Made by a program: the position numbers and the translations under genes. DNA of 64,000 bases from Camelus dromedarius (Eukaryota), in assembly GCF_036321535.1 (NCBI RefSeq), contig NC_087447.1, positions 38,132,001 through 38,196,000 of the forward strand, written 5' to 3'. This document shows positions 25,355-37,824 of the stretch, one piece after another. Within the stretch, counting starts at the first letter, position 1. Every line of letters begins with the position of its first letter. The notes beneath the pieces are model-generated. The model saw nothing but the letters and a program-made list of their open reading frames with translations. It was not told the DNA's origin and did no database searches.

Positions 25355-27949
25355 AGGAACCATTACTATAGACATGACAAATAAAAAGGATTATAAGAAA
25401 ATTCTTTGAACAACTATATATTCACAAAATAAAAAACCTAGATGATATGGACAAGTTCCTATAAACACTACCAAAACTGACTCATAAAGAAATTCTTCAG
25501 AAAATCTGAATAGATCTACAACAAGTAAAGCCCAGGACCAGATGGCTTCACTGATGAATTCTCCTAATTAAAAAAAAATTCAATACCAATCCTTCTCAAA
25601 CTTTTCCAAGAAAGTGGAATAAGATGCAAATCTTTTTAACTAATTCTATGAGGCTAACATTATCCTGATACCAAAGCCAGACAAAAATATCACAAGAAGA
25701 CCATAAACCAATATCCCTTATGAATTACATAGCATGACAAAGTGGGATTTATTACGAGAATGCAAGAGTGGTTCAGTATATGAAAACCAATCAATGTAAT
25801 GCACCACATTGGTAGAATGAATGAAAATAACTACATGATCATCTCCATTGATACAGAAAAGCATTCAACAAAATCCAGCACCCTTTCACGATCCCTCTCC
25901 AAAAAAAATAAATTAAAAAAACCACTCAACAAATTAGGAATAAAAGGGACCTTTCTCAACATAGCAAGGAGCATTTATGAAAATTCCACAGCTAGTTCAA
26001 TAGTGAAAGACAGAAATCTTTCCCCCAAGATCAGAAACAAGACAAGGATGACAGCTTTCACCATTTCTATTTCAACATTGTACTGCAAGTCCTAGCCAGA
26101 GCAATTAAGCAAGAAAAAGAAATGAAATCCAAACTGGAAAGGAAGAAGTAAAATTATGTTTATTTGTAAATGATATGATCTTATGTACAGAAAATCCTAA
26201 AGAATCCACAAAAAATACTATTAGAGCAGATAAATTCTGAAAAATTGTAGCACACAAAATCAAAACACAAAAGTCAGTTATATTTCTATAAACCAGTAAT
26301 GAGCAATCCAAAAAGGAAATGAAGAAGACAATCTCATTTACAATAGCATTAAAACAGTGGAACTAGCATAAGGTAGACATGTAGATCAATGGAACAGCAC
26401 TGAAAATTGAGAAATAAACTCATACATTTATGGCTTTCAACAAGGACAACACAATGATTTAAAGGGGAAAAGTTGTCTCTTTAAAAAAGGGTGCTGGGAC
26501 AACTGGATATTCCTGGGCAAAAGAATCAAGCCAGACTCTACCTCATACTATATACGAAAATGAACTCAAAATGGGCCAAAGACTTTACTATAAGAGCTAA
26601 AACTATAAAACTCTTAGGAGGAAACAGAGGTATATCTTCATAGACTTAGATTTGGCAGTGGATTCTTACATATGACACCAAAAGCACAAGCAACAAAAGA
26701 AAAAATAGATAAACTGGACTTCATCAAAATTAAAACCTTTTGTGCAACAAAAGACACTATCAAAAAAGTGAAAAGATAACCTAGAGAATGGGAGAAAATA
26801 TTTGTGAATTATTTACTGATACGGCTCTGGGCCCCAAAATATATAGCGAATGCTTATAACTCAAGAACAGAAAGACAACCCAACTTTTAAATGGGCAAGA
26901 TATAAGGAGCTAATATCCAGAATATAAAGAACTCCTCAAATTTAACTATAAGACACACAAAATGACTAAAACATGACCAAAGGACATGAATAGACATTTC
27001 TCCAAAAAGATACTTAGATGGCCAATAACCACATGAAAAGATGTTCAACATCATTAATCGTTAGGGAAATAAAAGTCAAAACCATAATGATATACCACTT
27101 CAAACCCATTAGGATGGCTACTAAAAGAAAGAGAAAGAAAGGAGGAAAGGAAGGAAGGAAGTAATAAAGGAAGGAAAGGAAGAGAGGAAGGAAAGGAAGG
27201 GAGGGAGGAAGGAAGGAAGAAAGAAAAGAAAAGAAAAAAGAAAAGAAAAGAAAGAAATCCACACATCAGAAAATAACAAGTGGAGAAACTGGAACCCCTA
27301 GAACACCTAAGGCACTATTGGTGGGAATGTAAAATGGTGCAGCTGCTATGGAAAACTATATGCAATTCCTCAAAATATTTCAAATATAATTACCATATGA
27401 TCCAGCAATTCCACTTCTGGGAATATACCCAAAAGAACTGAAACTGCTCAAAGACATATTTCTACACCCATGTCCACAGTTGCATTATTTACAAAACCCC
27501 CAAAACAGAAGCAACCCAAGTGTCCATTGACAGATAAATGGATAAATAAAATATGGCAATCAAAACAATGGAATACTATTCAATCATGAAAAGGAATGAA
27601 ATACTAATATATGTTACAATGTAGATGAACTTCAAAAGCATTATGCTAAGTGAAGGAAGCCAGACTCAGAAGGTCACAAACTATGATTTCACTTATATGA
27701 ATTACCTAGAAAAGTAAATCCATAGAGAAAAAGTAGGTTAGTGGTTGCCAGGGGTTACGATCAGGAAATAGAGTGTGACAGCATAATGGATATGGGGTTT
27801 CCTTTTGGGATGATGAAAATGTTGGGGAACTTGATAGAGGTGATGGTTGCACAACACTGTAAATGTACTAAATGCCACAGGATTGTGTAGTTTAAAACAG
27901 TTAATTTTAGGTGATGTGAATTTTACCTTAATTTAAAAAAAAAAAAAAA
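25355..27949 (+). mobile_element. 5'-truncated, internally deleted L1 (L1MA/L1MB-type), ORF2 remnants plus 3' UTR and poly(A)
   Basis: Clear ORF2 motifs (gcccaggaccagatggcttcactgatgaattc; ORF 25799..26095 YMIISIDTEK; gatccagcaattccacttctgggaatataccc), many stops and frameshifts, A-tail near 27935-27949. Antisense to PDE3B. Confidence 0.93.
27123..27257. repeat. (GGAA)n/(GAAAA)n polypurine tract inside the L1
   Basis: Read directly. Confidence 0.95.
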
Positions 27950-28119
27950 GACTTGCTGAAATCAGACATATTATCTATTTAATTTCCCTGAGCTGCCAGT
28001 TTGTATCCTGATCTATCAAACACTAACAATATACCTACTATGTATCATATCTCGTTCTAAATGCTTTCAAGTATAAATGCAGTTAATTTTCATTACAACC
28101 CTATGCAATAAATGGTATT

Positions 28120-28247
28120 TTTTTTAAGAGGGGAGGTAATTAGGTTTATTTACTTATTTATCTTTAGAGGAGGTATTGGGGATTGAACCCAGGACCTTGT
28201 GCATGCTAAGCATGCACTCTACCACTTGAGCTAAATCTACTCTGCCC
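28120..28247 (-). mobile_element. Vic-1-like SINE, 11-bp TSD, nested in a MIR
   Basis: Same body as the 11736 copy. TSD taaatggtatt at 28109-28119 and 28248-28258. Confidence 0.9.
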
Positions 28248-28349
28248 TAAATGGTATTATTTTTAATTTTAAAGATGAGAAAGCTGAGATAGAGGGATAA
28301 AGCCAATTGCCCAAAGCTGTACCACTACCTCTCTCAGGTACTCAAAAAC

Positions 28350-28650
28350 CCATCCTTTTCATCTTTTCTGAGATCAGTATCAAACCAATTCATTTATTGT
28401 TTGTGAAACTCACCTATCCTCACTCTGAAAATCAGAGTATCTGATCAGAAATCAGACCTATCTACAGTAATGCAAACCCTTCTCATTCTCTATAGCGTCT
28501 CAAAGAAGTATAAAGGCTATTTGCTAATCTCTTCTGTAAATTCTCTCCATACCCTGGGACAAAATTCATCTGTATCAGGATGTTTGACTATGTTTATGAA
28601 CATACTCTTCTATAATCTTCCTTAATCTGGAACTTCAGTTCCCTTAGGCC
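28350..28650 (-). mobile_element. CR1/L3 ORF2 fragment
   Basis: Minus strand near 28540-28582 translates PDTDEFCPRVWREF, resembling the CR1 motif PGPDEIHPRVLREL. Confidence 0.55.
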
Positions 28651-29407
28651 AACTTTAGTTCTATCTTTTTCATTTAGAAAATAAATCACTCTCCTTGCAC
28701 AAAATATTGAAATAAAATACGTATAAAAGAGATCCCATTTTCTTTATGATCCAAAAGCATTACAAAATCTGCCCCAAGGAACAAGCCTGTTTCCTCTTTA
28801 AGTCTTGCTTCACACAAAAACTCCCCAAGATTTCTGTACTCCAACAAGCTTTTACTATCCCTTGGAGCTTTAGCTTCCCTCTGTACTTCAGGCTATTCTC
28901 CTAAGTGCTCCTGTCTGGGCATCTTTTCCTCATTTGGTTTATCAGGATGTGTTCTGTGCCTTGATTCTAAGACCATCCTCACCTTGGGCTCTCTTTACTG
29001 CCATAGTCACAGGCACATCCTAACAACGACTGGTCTCAGGGCATACACCCTAGATCAAAGGCTTCTCCCTTACCTTGCAAGGGAGAAGAACACAGATAAA
29101 GCTAGATTATTTGTCTTCTACTATCTTCCTTCATTGTTCCACTATCTCAATCAACAAAAAGAAGTGACACACACATACACATACACACACAAACACACAC
29201 ACACACACATCCCCTACCAATTATTCCCAACATGTTTGTTTTTTCTGAGGGCTATAAAGATGTTTCCACATTCTCTTCCTCACTGTCATCCCTATGTGAT
29301 TCATCCAAATTGAGTAATTATCAAAGATTTTGATAAATTTTAAAAGGCTCTCTGTCAAATCTTCAATATACACCCTAAAAGTCAGAACACCTCTGGTGAG
29401 TCCATTG

Positions 29408-29600
29408 CAGTGCTGTCCAATGAAACTTCTTTCCATGATGGAAATGTTTTATCTAATTTGATTGCCATTAGTCACATATGGCTATTGAGCACTTAAAATG
29501 TAGCTAGTGTGGCTGAGGGACTGGATTTTAAATTTTAATTAGTTTAATTGAAGTTTCAACAGCCATTTGTGGCTAGCCTCTACAATACTGGACAACTACA
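29408..29600. mobile_element. MER3 hAT MITE
   Basis: cagtgctgtccaat...gatggaaatgtt...tggctattgagcacttaaaatgtagctagtg...ctggacaac. Confidence 0.8.
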
Positions 29601-30309
29601 GTCCACCTCCTCTACACAGTACAAGTAAAGTGCTTTCTTTCACCTTTTAGCTCTAGACAGTATCCCCTCATTTTCCCACACTTTTCACCAAAAAATATAA
29701 CATTATCTCTATTTAGGATAAATCTTGTAATATTTTTAAAACTCTCAGAATGCAATTTCTTCATTTGTTTGCCTTTTGTCGTACTCCTGCTTCACAACCT
29801 CGAAACAGAGAATCTTAACAGTTATCATAAAGCCCCAAGGTTCAAAGTTTTTCCCTTCCTCCTTTGTATCTCATTCCTCTACTCCCTATTTCCCTAACAT
29901 AGGCTCTGTACCTGCCTTGATGTCTCTCTACATTATTTCCTCTGTTCTGTCTAGGAACTTTTCACCTTCCTTCAAGCTGGAATGCAGAGGTATGAGTCTC
30001 AATGCCCATCAACTTTTCAGGCACTGCAATCAATTCACATTTACCATACATTTATTTGAATGCTTTTCCTTTGGCAAAAAAATATGACAATATCTGGAAA
30101 TTAGTACAATTGTCCAACAGACTTCCATACATCTTGAATAGGGTTGAAATTTCAACGAGAACTCTCTTATTAACTTGTGTCCTGGATTACCATCTATACT
30201 AATCTTAGGGGCAAAGTATCTAATCACTTATGACCTTGCAAAGTTTAGCACTTATATCAAGTGTGGTGTAGGAACTTCCTAAGTGTGTGTTAAATAAAAA
30301 CTGCATCAA

Positions 30310-30630
30310 TGATAATGAATTAGGAATACAGACTTTGGCGTCAGGGCTGAGTTCAAGTCCTAGATCTGCAACTTACTAAATACATGACTATGGCCAAGTT
30401 ATTTAAACATTTTGAGTTTCTGCTTCTTAATCTTTGAAACAGAGATAATAATATTATATACTTTTTATCAAAAAGATCTAGCATACTTCTGTGTACTGTA
30501 CCTTGAAAAAAAATCTCCTATAAGGCAGCTTTCTCCAAGAATTATTATTAAGGATTAAATGAAGTAATGTCTGCAAAGCACTTAACACAGTGCCTGGCAT
30601 ATATTAAGAGTTCAATAAATGCTAGCTATT
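30310..30630 (+). mobile_element. MIR SINE (interrupted)
   Basis: gagttcaagtcctagatctgcaacttact...aaagcacttaacacagtgcctggcatatattaagagttcaataaatgctagct. Confidence 0.7.
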
Positions 30631-31288
30631 TAAAGTGTTAGCCTCCTTCTAACTACTATGTTTTCTTTTTCTGGCCAAACATATGGTTTGGTTCTTACCA
30701 ACAAACTAATTCCAATTATTACAATCAATACAATCTCCCAGACACAGTTACCAAACTATAAACTGCACAACTACAAGAAAGTCTATCATTTAACTATTAT
30801 TTAATTTTAATGCCACCTTCTAGAGTCTGTTACAAATTCCATTCAATTTATGGATCATTTTCTGAAGAAGTATTTTAAAGCTGTGAGGTCAGTATTGAGG
30901 AGAGTAGCAAAAGCACTATCACAAATTACTGCCAAACAACTAAAAAGTAAGTGAAGTAGAAAAGTGGGCTGATACTAAAAAGGAGGCTAAAGTAAGGTAG
31001 TATGTCAATACCACTGAAATACAAAATGATTTTCATAGAAAAAAATTGACAAAAATTATTATTGTTATTATTACCTTTCTTCAGCATTGTAATACTTACG
31101 GAGTACCCATAGGTGTCTCAGGAAAAAAGATATCTAAGAAGTTATAGGTAAGTAATAAACAGAGGAGGGAAAATACTGGGCTAAGATTCAACAGAACACC
31201 TCTGAGTCCAGGTTTTACCACTTACTAGCACTCTCTTCACCTTTCTGGCTTTTAGTTTTTTGGTCCATAAAACAAAGGAATGGACTAT

Positions 31289-31462
31289 CAGACGTTCCCA
31301 AACATCATGAGAATCATTTAAGAAGCCTTTTAAAAAGTACAAATCCCTAGACTCCACACTGAGCCTACTGAATCAGAAATCTCTGGGAGCAGGTACAGGG
31401 AAATAGCATTTGTTAATGGTACTTGGTTAATTCTGAGGTGTAGCCAGGAATGGGGACTACTG
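31289..31462. mobile_element. MER5A hAT MITE
   Basis: cctactgaatcagaaatctctggg core and ggactactg terminus. Confidence 0.75.
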
Positions 31463-34400
31463 CACTAAAAAGTTAAGGTTCCCTTCTACTTCTAAATTCT
31501 ATGGTTTGTACACTTGTGCTTTCTTCATTCTGATTTTATGATGGTAAGACCTATCAGGAATTTACTCAAAACAGCTAGTAGCAATGTTCATAGGACTAGA
31601 AGAAGCTGACCTCCTATCTCTTGCCTTCTGTATGCACAGAAATCATAGTGTAATGAATAAAGGTACTTCACAGGAGACTTGGCTCTATTTACTAGCCATG
31701 GGACCTTGGGCAAGTCATACAGCCTCTGCATACACTACGTTCCTCACCTCATCCGTAAGATGCTATTGGGCTAAAATGAGAATGTTGTACTAGGAAATCT
31801 CTTGCACATATTATAATAGTTTAGTATTTAGTTATAGTAATTAATATTCAAAGTCCTTTGTTACCATGAAAAATTAAATATAGAGTATATTGTGGTTATT
31901 AAACTAATGTACGCATGTAATACACTTAGAAGACTTTTCAAGGGAAGTGTTAAAACAAATTTGCAATGCTTAATTATTCTATATGTGTCTAAAAATTCAA
32001 TAAACTACATTTATGGGCCACATGACATAGACTTAAGTAATTATTTAATTTTAAGATTACAATCAACTCATTGTTGCAAGTTTAAGAGCCTATAAATTAT
32101 AAACGTAAGAATCCAGTTAGGTAATAGAGGATTTCAAAATCCAATCAAAGGCAATCTGCCTTATAACAAATGAAGAATAGAAATTCTGATCCCAGCGAGA
32201 AACACTGGGAATACTACCGAGTTTAACATTGATTCTGATTGTCTGAAGTATAAAAGCTAATAACCAAATTGCTTATAGATGGACAAAACTACAATTTTAG
32301 GAAAACTAATGAGGGTTTTATAATGACAAAATCCAGTGTATGTATTCTACCCTAAAATTTTCTAATGGAAAATATGATTAATAAAAAATAAAAAGACATC
32401 CCAGGGTACAATTTCAAAAGTAAATGTTTTTTATCCTAGGCAATAATATAGATTCATTTGGTCGCTGTTAGTTTCTTTTCCTGGATGAATGCCTACAGCT
32501 TTCTAAAAGTCAGAGTAATGACAAACACGTGTTTCAAGAAAACAGAAATGCCACAAGCTGAGGAAGGTCAGATACATGACGTCAGAAATGAACTTTATTC
32601 CACAATGGCATGAACACCGTATTTCAGAAAACAGTAGACTTGAGGCACATTTGCCACACTTGGTTCTTTTAAAGAAGGAGGCTAGAACAAAAATTGACTC
32701 GGTGTCCACATCTCTTAAAATTTTTTAACCAAGAGAAAGACAGCAAGAGAGAGTTTCCTGTGATTCATTACTATTGCTAAATAGTTTTCACTCCTATTTC
32801 TTCCTGTCCATGCTTCTTTCTCAGTTTTCATTATTATATACCCTTGGTTTATAGTCCCACAGCCTATTCCATAGACCTCCCAGTGACACCCTCCTAGTGA
32901 CACCCTCGGGTATTTATTTATTTAACCAGCACATTTAAAACTAAACACATTTTTAATTTCTCCTCTGTAATAACAATTCTTCCTAATTACCCTCTAAATT
33001 GTTCTTGCCGTAACTACCATGAGTTTAACTTTAATTATAATGAAAGGAAGAAACAAAGGAGAAAAAGAAATTGGAGCTTTTAGTCAAACAACTTAACCAG
33101 GCCTTACACTGAAGACAAAGGAAATGCCAAAGAAACACTCTAGTTCTTATAAAGCTAAAAGGTGAATTAATAAATACCTAAAAATAATTCTGTAACATTT
33201 AAAATGTTTTTTCAAAGAAAAGTGCTCACTGTAATTAATGTGCCATTATATCACAGTTACAAAACCCAAAAGGTTACTAAAAATTAGGTGGGATAAAATT
33301 TGGGGAATGAAGGTAAAAAGATTTTCTGAATTTATTTGTAAGTACTTTCCTTCCATCTTCTTCATTCCCCTGCAACTGCATTATTACATATTTTTTTAGA
33401 AAACACGTAATATATTAAGGGGTAGTATTTGAGGCTTTGTGCCATGCATATTATTCTTTTTCTTCTCTTTTAACAATCCTTTAAAAATGTAAGAACCATT
33501 CATAGTTCACAGGCAGTACAAAAACAGGTCAAATGCTGGATTTGGCCCAAGAATTGCAGCTGGCTAACCCCTATGTTATTATGCACCTAGCACAATTCTA
33601 AGGATCTAGAAATATCCAATCATTCTAGCAATCCGATGACGTTGGTGCTATTATTACCATAATCTCCATTTTAAAGCTGGGGAAATTTGAGGAAGTACAG
33701 AAGGATTAAGTAACTTGCCCAAAGTCACAAAACCAAGTAAATGATGGAGCTGAGATTCAAATGTAGGCAGTTTGGCTCCAGAAGCTGAGCTCTCAATCAC
33801 TGTTCTATAGCTAAGTCTCTATGATAAAGGACTTAAGAGTATCAAATGTAAATGCTAATTCAGAAACCTTCCTGTCTACAAAGAAAGGTATTGCGGTACT
33901 GACCACCTCCTCTACTGTCAGAGAGGGAAAAAAAATGTCACCTCCAAGAATCAAACTAGAATTTGACTTCTAGCAATATTGGATGAGAGAAGACAACAGA
34001 ACATTCATATTTCTGAAGAAAAGCAATGTTAAATAACTTAGAAACTATATATATACTATATAATCGGGTAAATAAAGTCATCTTCAAGCATGCAAGAATT
34101 CAGAAAGCATACCTTCCATGTAGTCTTTCTTCAAAGTTTCCTTGAGAATGTACTTTAGCACAATGAAGGAGGATACCAAGCAAGAGAGAAACAGCTAAAT
34201 TACTATGGAAGTTCAAAGGAAGAAGAGATTGTTTCTAAAGCAGACAGAGGAAGAGGGCAGGTGGGATTTGGTTACCCTAAAATAGAAAAGGGGGGGAAGG
34301 AAAGAAAAAATAGGAACAGGGGAGAGCAATATGGAAGGACAGCTCATTTTGGACAAAGAACAGAATAAGTAGGGCCTATCTCTTAGTTATCCCTGTGTAT

Positions 34401-35094
34401 TGCTCTTTGGTTAAAAAGACCAAAATTAGCATCTGAGTAAAGTCATTCTCAAACTACAGCTCCAAAACAATCCTGATTTTGTTATGATCTTCTAGGTGGT
34501 CTCTTAAGTTTTCACGCTTTTTTGTATGTTTATATTACTTTTGTATATGAAATGTATCAAGCTAATCAAATTTTGCTAATAGCTGTCACTTTAGTAAAAT
34601 CATGAAAGGCAGCACATTCTTTGCATTTATTCTAGATAACATGTCAAAGAATCATCAGGTGGGCCAAGTAGTCAATGCAGTCCTTTGAAAGAAGTCCTTA
34701 GCCTCTTTGTACCTTAGTTTCCTCATCTGTAGAATAAAGTTGAACAGGCAGTAGCAGCAGTGGGAATGCAACAAAGAGTATGACTTTCCCAGAGCTGAAT
34801 TCAGATCTAGGCTCTGCTACTCACTAGCTGGGTGACCCTGGCAAAGTTTTAACTTTGCCTGGTATCTGTAAAAATGGAGCTAATTATGGTACCTACTTCA
34901 AAGGACTACTGTGAAGATTAAGGAAGACAACAGGTGTAAATCATTTATCACAGTGCTCATGCTTGAGCACAAAGTAAGTAGATCTTACTGATCTATTCTG
35001 CCAATGTAATCTGAATACACTGCCCCCACCCCCTCCCACACTGTCAAAGCTTAACAATATCGATCTAATAACAGAAAAAAAAAGTTACAAAAAT

Positions 35095-35396
35095 ATAAAT
35101 ACAAAACAGAAATAGACTCATAGACATAGAATACAAACTTGTGGTTGCCAACGGGGCGGGGGTGGGGGGGTGGGAAGGGATAGACTGGGATTTCAAAATT
35201 GTAGAATAGATAAACAAGATTATACTGTATAGCACAGGGAGATATATACAAGATCTTATGGTAGCTCACAGAGAAAAAAATGTGACAATGAATATATATA
35301 TGTTCATGTATGACTGAAAAATTGTGCTCTACACTGGAATTTGACACAACATTGTAAAATGATTATAAATCAATAAAAAATGTTAAAAAAAAATTT
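35095..35396 (+). mobile_element. Lineage-specific L1 3' end, 16-bp TSD
   Basis: Cetartiodactyl-type L1 3' UTR (tatactgtatagcacaggga), G-rich tract, AATAAA and A-tail. TSD aaaaagttacaaaaat at 35079-35094 and 35397-35412. Confidence 0.9.
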
Positions 35397-36228
35397 AAAA
35401 AGTTACAAAAATTGAACCTACTGAGAAAATCCTTAATTTGATTTAGTAGTACCTAAATAGCCAGCAGATACTATTTTAAAAATTAAGTGAAATAAATTCA
35501 ATGCCTCTGCTGTAATATCCAAGCATTTAAATTTTCTGGCTTTTTGTCTGTGGGAGTCAACCACAGACAACAAACAAGTAACAAGACTGTTGTGCCCTGA
35601 AATCCAAAGCAAACATTAATTAAAACTTGCAGCTAAACACTAAGTCTTGAGTTAGAAAGAATTAAGGAATTTATTCTAGTATTCACACTGCATGGACGTT
35701 AACCTCTACACTTAGGATGATCCTGACTGAAAGAATCACAAATATATGGGTGTCTTCTTGCGATCACCAAAATATTTGATCTGTAGGTGTTTTAGCACTG
35801 GCTAAAAGAGAATTTAATTGCCAATAGGTCTTAATTACAAGGTAACAGATGTGTGAGCAATTTTCTGAAAAAAAAATTAAAACAGTAGACAAAATTCTGT
35901 GAAAACTGAACCAAAGAAGATTCTAAAACAGAGTTCTATGATGAAGTCTACTTCATCAGACAGTGTATCACAAGAACATCCATAAGCCAAAGTAGGTCTG
36001 CAAGTTAACCTGTAGATTTAGAACCCCAAAGCCTGACAGTTCTTAAGAGAAAGTGTTTTTTAAGATATTCTTTCTCATCTAAAAACATTATTTGTCTGCA
36101 ACTTTAAAAAAAGAGAGAAATAGCTATCACCTGAATTTCACAAGCTCAAAATTTTCTTTAACATTTTTACATTAGAATCATCTTGATAATGGTTGAAATA
36201 GAGTTGGCCACTATCCATTATGTTATCT

Positions 36229-36449
36229 CTTCTTCTTTTTTTTTTTTAACTTTTTTTTAAATGAAGTATAGTCAGTTTACAATGTTGTGTCAATTTCTGG
36301 TGTACAGAACAATGCTTCAGTCATACATGAATATACATATATTCATTTTCATACTCTTTTTCACTGTAAGCTACCATAAGATATCAAATACAGTTCCCTG
36401 TGCTATACAGTATAAACTTGTTTATCTATTTTATACATACCAGTCAGTA
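36229..36449 (-). mobile_element. Lineage-specific L1 3' end, 13-bp TSD
   Basis: Reverse complement of the same 3' UTR family. TSD cattatgttatct at 36216-36228 and 36450-36462. Confidence 0.9.
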
Positions 36450-37685
36450 CATTATGTTATCTTGAATAATCAACTTAATCTCTCCACTTCTCAGTTTTCT
36501 CATCTACATAATCCTACATATTATATAAAATAATGTATGAAGTTGCATGTTTAATGTTTATCTCTTATATTAGTAAAAAGCCCTATGAGAATAAGGACAG
36601 TGTGTATCATGACACCTGGCCTGGATTCTTCAAAAAGTCACCTCATTGGGGGGAAAATGGTGGGGAGGGTGCAGTTCTAGATTAAATACGATGAAAGAGA
36701 CATGACCATACACAATGTATAAACCCTGCCTCATTTGGGAAAAAAATGAGAACTATAAATATATTCTTGGGACATATGGATATTAGATAATATGACTACT
36801 ATTAGTTTTCTTGGGTATGAGAAGGGTTTCTAGTTATGTCGAAGTCCTTATTCTTAGAAATACATGCTGAAGTATATAGGGTTAAAGTATCATGATTTCT
36901 AATAATTTTGAAAAAAACTGAGCAAATACAGCAAATGTTAACAATTTTTAAATTCAGGCAAAGGCTATACAGATTTTCAATGACCTGTCTCAACTTTTCT
37001 GTGTGGATAAAATTTTCCATAGCAAAAAACTAACAAAAAAAGAATAGAATCATTTGATATGTTCCAGAAATGCAAGAATAATTCAATATTAGGCATCCTG
37101 TTAATATACTTCCCCTTATTAGCAAATGAAAGAAGAAAAAGTATGTAACTGACTATTCAATAGATGCTGAAAAAGTACTGTCTTAGCAGTGCTCATTTCA
37201 TGCAAGTAGAGAAAAAAAGCAAAATTTGAGATTGGAGAGAAAGACAAATTATCACTATTACAGATAATATAATTATTTACTCGGAAGCCCCAAGAAAAAC
37301 AACATAAAATTTACAAGAAACAGTAAGTTCAGCAAAATTGGTATCAATATAAAAATTAACTGCATTTCATTTCAATGTCAGAAGAAATATATTTGAGTAA
37401 AAACTCAATGATATATTTCAGTCAGGTGATTTTTATGCATATCATCACACTGAATGTTCAGTTTTCAGTAATTTTCAGTTTTCAGTAAAGTGTTCTCTTT
37501 CTTGAACAGATTTTAATACAGGAAAATCACTTTCTGAAGCAATCAGAATCCCTTTTCTTTTTCTGCCTGTAGAGTAATGGTGACTGTTAATGGCTGAATC
37601 CAAGCTCCTGCAAAACATGACATCCTACTCTTTGATGTCTCTCAAATTTATATTCTCATCCAAAAGTTAGCTCTTTCTTAGCCTT

Positions 37686-37824
37686 CTTTGTTTTTCTTTT
37701 TTTAAATTTTTTGGGAGGAGAGGTAATTAGGTTTGTTTGTTTTTAATGGAGTTACGAGGAATTGAATCCAGGACCTCATGCGTGCTAAGCATGCACTCCC
37801 CCTCTGAGCTATACTCCCCCCCTC
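37686..37824 (-). mobile_element. Vic-1-like SINE (more diverged)
   Basis: ggaattgaatccaggacctcatgcgtgctaagcatgcactc...tgagctatactccccc; short flanking repeat tagcctt. Confidence 0.85.

Noticed and set aside
25799..26311. ORFs with RT-like words
   Set aside because: Frameshifted remnants of L1 ORF2 and their antisense; not functional.
35936..36040. C/D box snoRNA (ATGATGA plus a small hairpin)
   Set aside because: Antisense to the host gene, with no convincing terminal stem or well-placed D box.
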